Positions 1-8,048 are shown, counted from the stretch's first letter. The stretch is 48,824 nt of DNA from an uncultured Erysipelotrichales bacterium (GCA_964632125.1 CAZWEF010000005.1:1-48824), one strand, 5' to 3'. Translations and numbers: made by a program. Notes: generated by a model not told the origin, from the letters alone.

Positions 1-1
1 T

Positions 2-811
2 TACTTAGAGGCTAATAATGGAATGTTTTACTACAATAACCTAATGGAATTATCATCAGATACTTTAGTAGTTTCAGTTACGAAAAACTATTTGATTCAA
101 AATGGGTTTGTAAGTGAGGGCTTCGTCTTTGATGAGACATCATTTTACTATTTCTTTCCTGAAGGCTATCAAACTGAATATGCTAAAAAGATTGAATTAG
201 ATAGTTATTTTGGTGCCAAAAATAGTGAGGTATTGACATATAAAAAATCTGTTAAACCTAAGATTTATTCAAATTTAGTACTCAGTAGATCATTAAATAG
301 TAATCAATTCATCTATGTATATGATAGAATAGTTAACGAAATGTCATCATACTTATTTTTTAATTATTCTGGTAGTCAGGAACAGGCACAAAGATATCTA
401 GATGAATTGTATGAAAAGCAAGGGTTACCTATTGGACTATATCAAATTGGTAACCCATATGAAAATGAAGTGCTTACAAGTCTCGAATTGATTGAGACTA
501 CTCTTATTTTTAGTGCACCAATTCTTGTGTTGATTGTACTTCTATTGCTTTCGGTAGATATGCAAATAATTGTTTTAGGTAAAGATAAAAAGCTAAAGAA
601 GCATAAAATCATTGTAGTTGAGGGGTATCATCCAATATTTAAACACATTGACTACATACTAATGAACTGTATTGGATTTACTTTTGTTCTTACATTTGTG
701 ATTTTAAATGGACAATCATTGCTGATCGCGTTAACGGTCATTATGGCATATGTATTTCTAAGTATAATACTTTTTGGGGTACTTAAAAAAATCAATTTCC
801 TAAATGAGTAA
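2..811 (+). CDS. Partial (5' end outside window) ABC permease / bacteriocin-associated integral membrane protein, FtsX/DUF1430-like
   Basis: Frame is open from base 2 (YLEANNG-MF...). Long soluble region followed by C-terminal TM helices with a KxKxxxxEGYH motif also found at the C-terminus of the 651-aa permease at 2684-4639. Confidence 0.7.
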   Translation, partial: YLEANNGMFYYNNLMELSSDTLVVSVTKNYLIQNGFVSEGFVFDETSFYYFFPEGYQTEYAKKIELDSYFGAKNSEVLTYKKSVKPKIYSNLVLSRSLNSNQFIYVYDRIVNEMSSYLFFNYSGSQEQAQRYLDELYEKQGLPIGLYQIGNPYENEVLTSLELIETTLIFSAPILVLIVLLLLSVDMQIIVLGKDKKLKKHKIIVVEGYHPIFKHIDYILMNCIGFTFVLTFVILNGQSLLIALTVIMAYVFLSIILFGVLKKINFLNE

Positions 812-927
812 GTTGGCATGTGATTTAATAGCTTGTGATTAAACACAGCAGTATCTCTAGAATAGACGCTTCAAGATAACGAATTGTATTAACATATCAT
901 TATTTTTATTAAAAGGAGGATGCAAAA

Positions 928-1224
928 ATGTATGCAAAAATGAAAATCATTTTGGGTGTGGTTGCAGTAGTTTTGTCATTAAGTGTATTTCAAATGAGTG
1001 CACAAAATTGGATAAATAAATCTTCAATGAGTCATTTTGAGTATAAAGATTGGTTTGATGGTATGAACAATTACAGAACCATCGCAACAGATGTATCAGG
1101 AAATTGGTTGGCAGGTGTAAACTGCGCTGCTACTGGACATCAAATGTTTTATACTTGGCGTCAATTTACTTGTAGTCAGGGCATTTTTTATACAACGCAA
1201 CATTATCACCATTATTATCGTTAA
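928..1224 (+). CDS. Secreted 98-aa peptide, putative lactococcin 972-like bacteriocin precursor
   Basis: Strong RBS (AAGGAGG). Sec-type signal peptide (MKIILGVVAVVLSLSVFQMSA|). ~73-aa aromatic/His-rich mature part with 2 Cys, ending HYHHYYR. Lies next to a DUF1430-like permease and ABC ATPase. Confidence 0.6.
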   Translation: MYAKMKIILGVVAVVLSLSVFQMSAQNWINKSSMSHFEYKDWFDGMNNYRTIATDVSGNWLAGVNCAATGHQMFYTWRQFTCSQGIFYTTQHYHHYYR

Positions 1225-1366
1225 TTATACAGTAAAACTGTAGAGCTTATTTTTAGAGATATTGCTGATTTTGATTAAATGTAATTATACAATTCATATA
1301 AGGCGCTAATTACTGGCATTTACTATGAAGAAAGGCTAGCTTAACAGGGCTAAAAGGGGTGAAGAG

Positions 1367-1648
1367 ATGGAACGAGTAAATAAAAGCAACTTAAACAAGT
1401 ATCTAATTATTGGTGGATTCAGTGTTGTGCAGTTGTTCATGGTTTTGTTTCTTAAAACGATATTCTATGGGGGTGTAGTTAGTTCAAGTTCCCCACTAGT
1501 GAGTATCATTTCATTAAACAGTTTGATCTTTATTACTTTGACTGCAATTATCATGGCGATTTTAGAAAAGAAAAGAAATCATACAATGACGGCTTTATTA
1601 CTTTTACTTTTACAAAGTGCGGTGGTCGCATTTTATGCAATTATATGA
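1367..1648 (+). CDS. 93-aa three-TM membrane protein, putative immunity/accessory protein (copy 1)
   Basis: RBS GGGGTGA. Three hydrophobic segments. 75/93 identical to 4729-5010 by manual alignment, with both frames intact. Confidence 0.8.
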   Translation: MERVNKSNLNKYLIIGGFSVVQLFMVLFLKTIFYGGVVSSSSPLVSIISLNSLIFITLTAIIMAILEKKRNHTMTALLLLLLQSAVVAFYAII

Positions 1649-1683
1649 TGCTGTAAATGATCCAGTATAAGCAAGCGAAATAG

Positions 1684-1745
1684 GTAGACTAAAAGGATTG
1701 AGCATTTAAAAATATCAATCCTCAATGAGACAGTCTACTTTTTTT
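1684..1745 (+). terminator. Two-stem hairpin plus T7, intrinsic terminator (copy 1)
   Basis: GTAGACT/AGTCTAC outer stem, AGGATTGA/TCAATCCT inner stem, followed by TTTTTTT. Confidence 0.65.
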
Positions 1746-1785
1746 GTTCAATCTTTTTATAGATTGTTTTTTCATTTAGTACAAA
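1735..1785 (-). pseudogene. Duplicated remnant of the last 16 codons of the yfhP-like hydrolase
   Basis: Reverse translation FVLNEKTIYKKIEQKK* vs FVVNEETIYKKIEQKK* at 5097-5147. Similarity stops at ~1786. Confidence 0.9.
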
Positions 1786-1960
1786 TAAATTATATTTCTT
1801 ATCTTTCAAATGAAGGTTTTTTTTATTTTTTATGTTAAGGTAGTAGTAGGTCGACCCATATCGTATTCAAAAGGCAACTTAAACAATTACTTTTATTTGA
1901 GTCATGTGTGTTTAAGTCATGAACCTAAGTTGTTTTAATGTTGCTTATACAGGCGTATTG

Positions 1961-1989
1961 TTGCTTTGTATCCATTATAAATGTATAAT
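1961..1989 (+). promoter_or_regulatory. SigA-type promoter of cassette 2
   Basis: TTGCTT-17 bp-TATAAT upstream of the ABC ATPase. Confidence 0.65.
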
Positions 1990-2054
1990 ATGAGTAATCA
2001 CAAACAACAAAGTTTGTTTACTTGAATATACAAATAAAAGACAGGAGGTGCCCT

Positions 2055-2687
2055 ATGATTGAACTTATAGACATTGTTAAAAGCTTTGAAGAACAAGCTG
2101 TCTTCTCTGACTTCTCAACAACCATTGAATCAGGTAAAATAACGAGTATTTATGGTCCAAGTGGATGTGGTAAAACAACATTACTCAACATCATTGGTTT
2201 AATTGAAAAACCTAATGAAGGGACTATCATCATTGATGGTGAAACCATCAAAACAGAGAAACAAAGAAGAAGTTATTTAAGACATCGTATTGGCTTTGTT
2301 TTTCAAAACTTTGGGTTACTTGAAGATGAAACTGTATATGATAATTTAAGTTTGCTTTACTGTTTAAGAAAAACAAAACCTGAAGCAAAGAAAAGAATCA
2401 TGAAAGAAGCATTATTAAAAGTAGGGCTTCAAGACATATTAAACAAGAAGATCTATAAATGCAGTGGTGGTGAACAACAGCGCATTGCGATTGCTAAGCT
2501 ACTTATCAAGAATTGTGACATCATTTTATGTGATGAACCAACTGCATCACTAGATCAAGATAATAAAGATGTGATATTAAGTTATTTAAAACAAATGAGA
2601 GATGAAGGTAAAACAGTGATTGTGGTGACACATGATGAAGGGTTTAGAAGTGTTTCTGACAACTTCATTGAACTAAAAAGAAGATGA
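2055..2687 (+). CDS. ABC transporter ATP-binding protein (LolD/MacB-like, bacteriocin-export type)
   Basis: Walker A GPSGCGKT, signature CSGGEQQR, Walker B ILCDEPT, VTHD. Start moved to ATG 2055 after AGGAGG. Confidence 0.93.
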   Translation: MIELIDIVKSFEEQAVFSDFSTTIESGKITSIYGPSGCGKTTLLNIIGLIEKPNEGTIIIDGETIKTEKQRRSYLRHRIGFVFQNFGLLEDETVYDNLSLLYCLRKTKPEAKKRIMKEALLKVGLQDILNKKIYKCSGGEQQRIAIAKLLIKNCDIILCDEPTASLDQDNKDVILSYLKQMRDEGKTVIVVTHDEGFRSVSDNFIELKRR

Positions 2688-4639
2688 AACGACGTCACAT
2701 CGTCAATACCTTTATCCTCATCTGTAGTGCTTTATTTTCTGTCTTAACATTTAGTGCTGCGTTAGACTTATATGCTTCGTATGGAAATTCTTTCTTTAGT
2801 AATGCAATTAATGCATCTGAGTATAAGACAAAAGTAATTTATCTTGATAGTACTGATGGCAGTAAACTAACTGTAGACTATTTAGAACAGTATGTCTCTT
2901 TACTGAAAAAGTATGATTATCAAGGCTGTCGTGTTGAAGGGGTCAAAGGTGAGTATGCTTTTTGTTACATCACAGACATTGATTTTTTAAAAGGGCTATG
3001 GTTAAATAATCAAAGTGATTTGAGACCGATTGTAGATGATTCAGTCAATTATTCAACACAAGGTACTGATCAATACCGTATTTATATACCAAAGGCAAAT
3101 GATGAAATCTTTTTTAGATACATGGTAACAGATGATCCTAGAATGACGTCTTCACCTGTATGGATGTTTGTTGCGACTAAGGAAATCAATCAGTTTAATG
3201 CATTTATGCAAGAAGTGTCGGCGATTAACCCAAAAATTGAAGCGAAAGTAGCACTTGAACTTGGCGGACTTGACTGGAATGTCGTACCTTTTATAACATA
3301 TCAAATGATTGCATTGTCAGGATTGATTGCTTTAATCATTGTATACATCATCATATATGACTTAGGAAAGTCATTGAAAAAAACACAGTTGAAATTGTTA
3401 GAAGGACATGGTTATTTAAATATTGTTTTGAAACATGTCTTAAATAAACTGATATTGGCAGTTACTTGTGTTGCACTATCATATCTTTTATTTATCAAAT
3501 TGTTTGTTCACACAGACATTGTCAACCAATTTTTCCTATATAAAGTACTTGGTGTGACATTAGTTGCCTTTGCTTTATTTGGTTTAGTGTTATCGGTTAT
3601 TCCTTTTTTGAACACAAAGATCATCACGGTCAATACCATCATTAAAGGCAGTCAACCACAAAAAAAAGCATTATCTTTTATCCAAACGATTAATTTGATT
3701 GTGATGATTGTGCTTGTCGTCATATCCATGTCATCAATTTATAAAGTTAGTCCCTATATGGATGCATTGATTCACCAAAATGACATAAGTGAAGAGAATA
3801 GAAACTACTATCGTGTTGATCCAACCTATTCAAGCATGTCAAATGGGGTAGATGAAGGTAAACAGTTTTCTGCAATGTTAAATGAAAAGTACGATGTTCT
3901 TTATCGACAACAAGGCAATGCAATTGATCAATATCATTGTTTTATTTATGAAGTTTCTGCAATAAATAAACGATATGGATTGACATTAGAAGATGGGAAT
4001 TATCATAACCAAGATGCTGCAAAGTACATGAGTAAAGAGTATCCAAATCATAACTTTTCATCACAAAAAGAAGTATATATCCCGACAAGAACTGTTTTGA
4101 TTGAGGAGGGGCAAAGGTGGGTATACACTTATTTGTATCAAGCAGATAAATGCATCTTTGGGATACCAGAAGAAATAAGTAGAGGGAACACTGAAATTAT
4201 AATTTATGACGAAAGTTTAGATGAACAAGCATTAAAAGATAAAATACTGAAAGAAGTTAATGCTTTAGGATTGGATATAACCATAGAGGTAGAATCAATA
4301 GAATCACAATTCAATCAAATGTTAGCTAATTCATTTTATCATTACATCAATGATTTAACGTTTATTGTCGCTGTTATGGTAACATTCATACTTCAAAGTG
4401 TCATATTGTCTAATATGTTGTTTGATATGAATAAAAAGAAGTATCGAATTTACAGTTATGAGGGCTATCATTGGCAACAAAAGTATTTGTTTGATTTACT
4501 ACAAATAGAATCACTCACACTAATTGTTTTTGGTATTCTAATCTATCGTTTTGGATTATTTAACTCAATCATTATGACGATGATACTGCTATGGGTGATA
4601 TCAAAAATAGTCATCTTATTAAAAAAGAAGGGGAGATAG
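2684..4639 (+). CDS. 651-aa bacteriocin-associated integral membrane protein / ABC permease (DUF1430-like)
   Basis: ATGA overlap with the ATPase. Two-fold architecture (TM, large loop, 3 TM) x2, with KLLEGHG and RIYSYEGYH motifs after the TM helices. Confidence 0.75.
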   Translation: MKRRHIVNTFILICSALFSVLTFSAALDLYASYGNSFFSNAINASEYKTKVIYLDSTDGSKLTVDYLEQYVSLLKKYDYQGCRVEGVKGEYAFCYITDIDFLKGLWLNNQSDLRPIVDDSVNYSTQGTDQYRIYIPKANDEIFFRYMVTDDPRMTSSPVWMFVATKEINQFNAFMQEVSAINPKIEAKVALELGGLDWNVVPFITYQMIALSGLIALIIVYIIIYDLGKSLKKTQLKLLEGHGYLNIVLKHVLNKLILAVTCVALSYLLFIKLFVHTDIVNQFFLYKVLGVTLVAFALFGLVLSVIPFLNTKIITVNTIIKGSQPQKKALSFIQTINLIVMIVLVVISMSSIYKVSPYMDALIHQNDISEENRNYYRVDPTYSSMSNGVDEGKQFSAMLNEKYDVLYRQQGNAIDQYHCFIYEVSAINKRYGLTLEDGNYHNQDAAKYMSKEYPNHNFSSQKEVYIPTRTVLIEEGQRWVYTYLYQADKCIFGIPEEISRGNTEIIIYDESLDEQALKDKILKEVNALGLDITIEVESIESQFNQMLANSFYHYINDLTFIVAVMVTFILQSVILSNMLFDMNKKKYRIYSYEGYHWQQKYLFDLLQIESLTLIVFGILIYRFGLFNSIIMTMILLWVISKIVILLKKKGR

Positions 4640-4728
4640 GTTTAAATTGAAAGGCAAGTATTTTGAATAAACAAGTTTTGATTATTAAGATGAAAGGTTA
4701 GCTTAACAAGGCTAAAAGAGGTGAAGAA

Positions 4729-5010
4729 ATGGAACATACAAATAAAAGTAATTTAAACAAGTATCTAATTATTGTTGGGTTCAGCGTCGTGCAATTGCTC
4801 ATGGTATTGCTTCTTAAAACAATATTTTATAGTAGTGCCGTTAGTTCAACTTACCCATTTGAAAGTATCATTTCATTAAACAGTCTGATCTTTATAACTT
4901 TGACTGTAAGTAATATGGTGATTTTAGAAAAGAATAGAAATCATACAATGATGGCTTTATTGCTTTTACTTTTACAAAGTGCAGTGGTTGCGTTTTATGC
5001 AATTATATGA
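4729..5010 (+). CDS. 93-aa three-TM membrane protein (copy 2)
   Basis: RBS GAGGTGA. Paralog of 1367-1648. Confidence 0.8.
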   Translation: MEHTNKSNLNKYLIIVGFSVVQLLMVLLLKTIFYSSAVSSTYPFESIISLNSLIFITLTVSNMVILEKNRNHTMMALLLLLLQSAVVAFYAII

Positions 5011-5045
5011 TGATATTAATGATGCAGTATAAGCAAGCGAAATAG

Positions 5046-5107
5046 GTAGACTAAAAGGATTGACGCTTTTAAAACATCAATCCTTATTGGAATAGTCTAC
5101 TTTTTTT
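5046..5107 (+). terminator. Two-stem hairpin plus T-run between convergent genes (copy 2)
   Basis: GTAGACTA/TAGTCTAC and AAGGATTGA/TCAATCCTT stems, then TTTTTTT. Includes the hydrolase stop codon. Confidence 0.65.
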
Positions 5108-6086
5108 GTTCAATCTTTTTATAGATTGTTTCTTCATTTACTACAAACCCTAAATAAGAGGATAAAACTTGTTTGTTTTTTATTCTTACAATGCAGTTAA
5201 ATTGATACATCAGTTTCCCTTTTCTAACCATTAAATATCTTAAATCATAGTACTTAATTTCCATCGTACCATCACGACGATGCTTAATATGATAGTTATA
5301 AATAGGTGTAAAATCGATGAAACTTTGAACTGCTTTATCTTTGTATAAGAGTTGTTCAATATCGTCAGGAATCACTTCTAATCTTTTTTCATAACGAAGT
5401 TGTTTGATTTCTTTTCCATGAATAATACCCATATAAAACTTTTTATCGGTTGTTTCATAGACATATTTCCAATCAAGTGGTGTTGATTTAGATTGAAGAA
5501 TTAATCGCTTTAGTTTACCATATTTAAGGATTAATTGTTTTTTTAAGTGACGATGATACAAAAAAGCAATAAAAATATAAACGGCGATACTCACATACAA
5601 CAATGACAATGTGATGATTTTATTAAAATTGAATAAAAAGATAAGTGCAAGTGCAACAATATGAGATCCAATTAAATAAGCATCAAAAGTATACGTAATA
5701 CCAAGTGCAATCCATTTACGATTAAAGGGCCATAAAAACTGAACCCCATAACCATTCAATAAATCAGAACCAATATGGGAGGCAACCCCAACAACAGCAG
5801 TAATCACATATAACTGAAAGTGTTGGCGTGTTGTTAGATAACCAACAACTGAAAGCAATGTCATCCAAAAAAATGTAAACAAAATAGAATGTGTTGCACC
5901 ACGATGGTTGTTAATGTAAGCAGCATTACTTTTTAACTTCCATAACACATCAATATCAGGAATGGTGTTTGCAAGCACACTGATTGCAACAATACTTGAT
6001 CCATTGACTACCATGTTTTGTGATGCCATACTACTGATTAAAACCCCTGTTGCAACCCCCATACAAACATGTGATGAGGTATCCAC
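5097..6086 (-). CDS. Membrane-bound metal-dependent hydrolase, YfhP/YdjM family
   Basis: MDTSSH, PDID, HRGATHS, SHIGSD..NGYG..FLWPF and DLRY motifs typical of B. subtilis YfhP-like proteins. GTG start. Confidence 0.85.
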   Translation of the reverse strand: MDTSSHVCMGVATGVLISSMASQNMVVNGSSIVAISVLANTIPDIDVLWKLKSNAAYINNHRGATHSILFTFFWMTLLSVVGYLTTRQHFQLYVITAVVGVASHIGSDLLNGYGVQFLWPFNRKWIALGITYTFDAYLIGSHIVALALIFLFNFNKIITLSLLYVSIAVYIFIAFLYHRHLKKQLILKYGKLKRLILQSKSTPLDWKYVYETTDKKFYMGIIHGKEIKQLRYEKRLEVIPDDIEQLLYKDKAVQSFIDFTPIYNYHIKHRRDGTMEIKYYDLRYLMVRKGKLMYQFNCIVRIKNKQVLSSYLGFVVNEETIYKKIEQKK

Positions 6087-7111
6087 TATTGTGTAAGTAA
6101 GGCAAAGATTGACATCAACCTTTCAGCCTCAGTTTCAATTTCATCCATAAATAGATGTTTTTTATAAGTGAAATAAACATCGTAAACAACAGGGGGTTTT
6201 TGACTTCCAAGTAAACAAAGAGTTAGTTGATTACTGTGATTGATAAGATTGAGCTTTTTATAGTCAATATGAAATAATGAATAAATAAGATTAAACTTTG
6301 AATAATCAATCAATGGTTTAAAAATTGATGCCCAATAATTAGGATTAATGTTTTCTTGAAAACGATAATACTCTAAAATAAAGTTATTAACATCATATTT
6401 AGTATCAACCTTTAAATGCTCTAATTGAAGATTGTTGATTGCATTCAAATAGATAGATTTAAGTAAATCAATGCTTTGAGCTTCCTTTACCCGAACGTGA
6501 CTTAAAAACAAATGAAGCTTATAAGCATTTGTTGCAGCTACAAGTAAACTTTGGATTGGCTTATGAGTCAACATAAATTTAAATAACTTAAAATTTGATA
6601 TGGATAAACCAGACGTTGGATGATTAGGACTATTGTATTCATTAAAATACTTAATGGCAATTCCGTCATGATTCTCCCATTCCATTAAATTATTGGAATA
6701 ATCATCAATCAAAATGCAATCTTCTAAAGAATCAAGCCCAAATATCTTTTTAACAACACTTACTTTACTATCATTGACATCAAGATAAATGTATTTAGGA
6801 TGACCTTTTTTATCTTTTAATTGCATCATGGTTTCATGATCATAACCAAGTATTTCAGCAACTCGTCTTTGTTTATGGTGTTCATACTCGATAGCAGGGT
6901 ATTTGGTTAGGATGTAGACATCATCTAATTGAAATAGTTCTTTAACAAGATCAGGGTTACGACAAATAGCACTTTCATACATGGTTTTAATTGATTTTGC
7001 ATTTTCAATCGGATAACGGCCAATCGTTGAGTGAACACGTCCTTCAGTAGCTAAAGAATAAAAACTAGAATGTTCAAGTATGGTGTTATCAACATCTATA
7101 AATAATTTCAT
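6086..7111 (-). CDS. HAD-superfamily 5'(3')-deoxyribonucleotidase-like protein with extra C-terminal domain
   Basis: Motif I LFIDVDNTI, motif II YILT, motif IV ILIDDYSNNLMEW...GIAIK as in NT5C/phage nucleotidases. About 160 additional C-terminal residues. Confidence 0.65.
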   Translation of the reverse strand: MKLFIDVDNTILEHSSFYSLATEGRVHSTIGRYPIENAKSIKTMYESAICRNPDLVKELFQLDDVYILTKYPAIEYEHHKQRRVAEILGYDHETMMQLKDKKGHPKYIYLDVNDSKVSVVKKIFGLDSLEDCILIDDYSNNLMEWENHDGIAIKYFNEYNSPNHPTSGLSISNFKLFKFMLTHKPIQSLLVAATNAYKLHLFLSHVRVKEAQSIDLLKSIYLNAINNLQLEHLKVDTKYDVNNFILEYYRFQENINPNYWASIFKPLIDYSKFNLIYSLFHIDYKKLNLINHSNQLTLCLLGSQKPPVVYDVYFTYKKHLFMDEIETEAERLMSIFALLTQ

Positions 7112-7899
7112 AATGTCACCTCGTTTCTTAATTGTTCAATCATAGTTGCAACACCATCTTCATCGTTGGATAAAGCAACATATGTAGCCTCTTGTCTAAC
7201 CTCAATCGGCGCTTGTTTCATTGCAATACCAATACCAGCATCTTTAATCATGGATAAATCATTGTACTGATCACCAAAGGCTACACTTGATGCAACATCA
7301 ATATTGAAATATTCACATGTGACTTTAAGCGCATGTCCTTTAGATACAGATAAAGGGATGATTTCAAGATAGGTTGGTTTTGATAAAATGACTTGACAGT
7401 CATTACGTGATAATAAAACTTGATGTAAATCGCGTATGTCTTTTTGACGGCCAATACATAAAATCTTATGAATAGAATGATGTAGGATGTATGCTTTTAC
7501 ATCATCAACTTGAGGCATGGTTTTAGTAATCATAGTTTCTTTAACAATTAGAGGATGTGAATCGTTAGAAACAATCCAGTTGTCACGATGATAAAGGTTG
7601 ATTGCAATATCAGGATAATCAGTTTCAATCATGTCAACAAGATTAACATGCCTCTGGTCTAATGTTTGTTCGTGAATAATGGTTTTTTGATCAGCATCAA
7701 TAATTAACCCACCACCATAAGCAATGATTGGCATCTTAAGATCTAATGCTTGAACAATCGGCCATATGGCTTTTGGCATTCTAGCAGAAGCAATGATAAA
7801 AGGAATGGATAAGTTTTGAATGACTGATTTGGTTTTGTTTGAGACAAAATGTTGACTATTTAATAGCGTACCATCTAAATCAGAAAAAATAATCTTCAT
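7108..7899 (-). CDS. Cof-type HAD-IIB phosphatase
   Basis: DLDGTLL, ASAR, SKGHAL, FGDQYNDLSM, NDEDGVA motifs. RBS GGAGG. Confidence 0.92.
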   Translation of the reverse strand: MKIIFSDLDGTLLNSQHFVSNKTKSVIQNLSIPFIIASARMPKAIWPIVQALDLKMPIIAYGGGLIIDADQKTIIHEQTLDQRHVNLVDMIETDYPDIAINLYHRDNWIVSNDSHPLIVKETMITKTMPQVDDVKAYILHHSIHKILCIGRQKDIRDLHQVLLSRNDCQVILSKPTYLEIIPLSVSKGHALKVTCEYFNIDVASSVAFGDQYNDLSMIKDAGIGIAMKQAPIEVRQEATYVALSNDEDGVATMIEQLRNEVTL

Positions 7900-8000
7900 G
7901 TTAACCCTCCTTTTATTATTAATAATTGTAACATAAAAACAAGTGATGAGATATGTTTTTACATGAAAAAGAGAAACATTTAAATCTTGATTTAGTCTTT

Positions 8001-8014
8001 TGAAAGCGTTCTAT
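8001..8014 (+). promoter_or_regulatory. Possible cre (CcpA) site upstream of glpK
   Basis: TGAAAGCGTTCTAT matches the left and central part of TGWAARCGYTWNCA, next to an extended -10 (TGATAAACT). Confidence 0.35.
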
Positions 8015-8048
8015 TTATGATAAACTAAAGATAAAGGTGAGGTGCTAC

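Larger units (their letters stand above)
1330..1785. repeat. Direct repeat copy 1 (~455 bp), pairs with 4692-5147
   Basis: Colinear match at constant offset 3362 bp (1367 vs 4729 starts; 1735 vs 5097 CTA). Covers RBS, 93-aa gene, hairpin and hydrolase 3' end. Confidence 0.95.
4692..5147. repeat. Direct repeat copy 2, overlapping the intact hydrolase 3' end
   Basis: See 1330-1785. Confidence 0.95.

Noticed and set aside
652-846. 64-aa minus-strand ORF overlapping the first permease
   Set aside because: Mirror of a hydrophobic coding region, with no RBS or motif.
1684-1738. Repeated hairpin read as an integron attC site or CRISPR repeat
   Set aside because: Lacks RYYYAAC/GTTRRRY ends, only two copies 3.4 kb apart, and no integrase or cas genes in the window.
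2022-2054. Upstream starts given by the ORF track (also 8037, 12468, 18839, 19503, 20508, 32094, 38603, 39870)
   Set aside because: Downstream starts with better Shine-Dalgarno sequences or better family N-termini were preferred.
1330-5147. Direct repeats read as IS or transposon ends
   Set aside because: No transposase or terminal inverted repeats; the repeat encodes a membrane protein instead.
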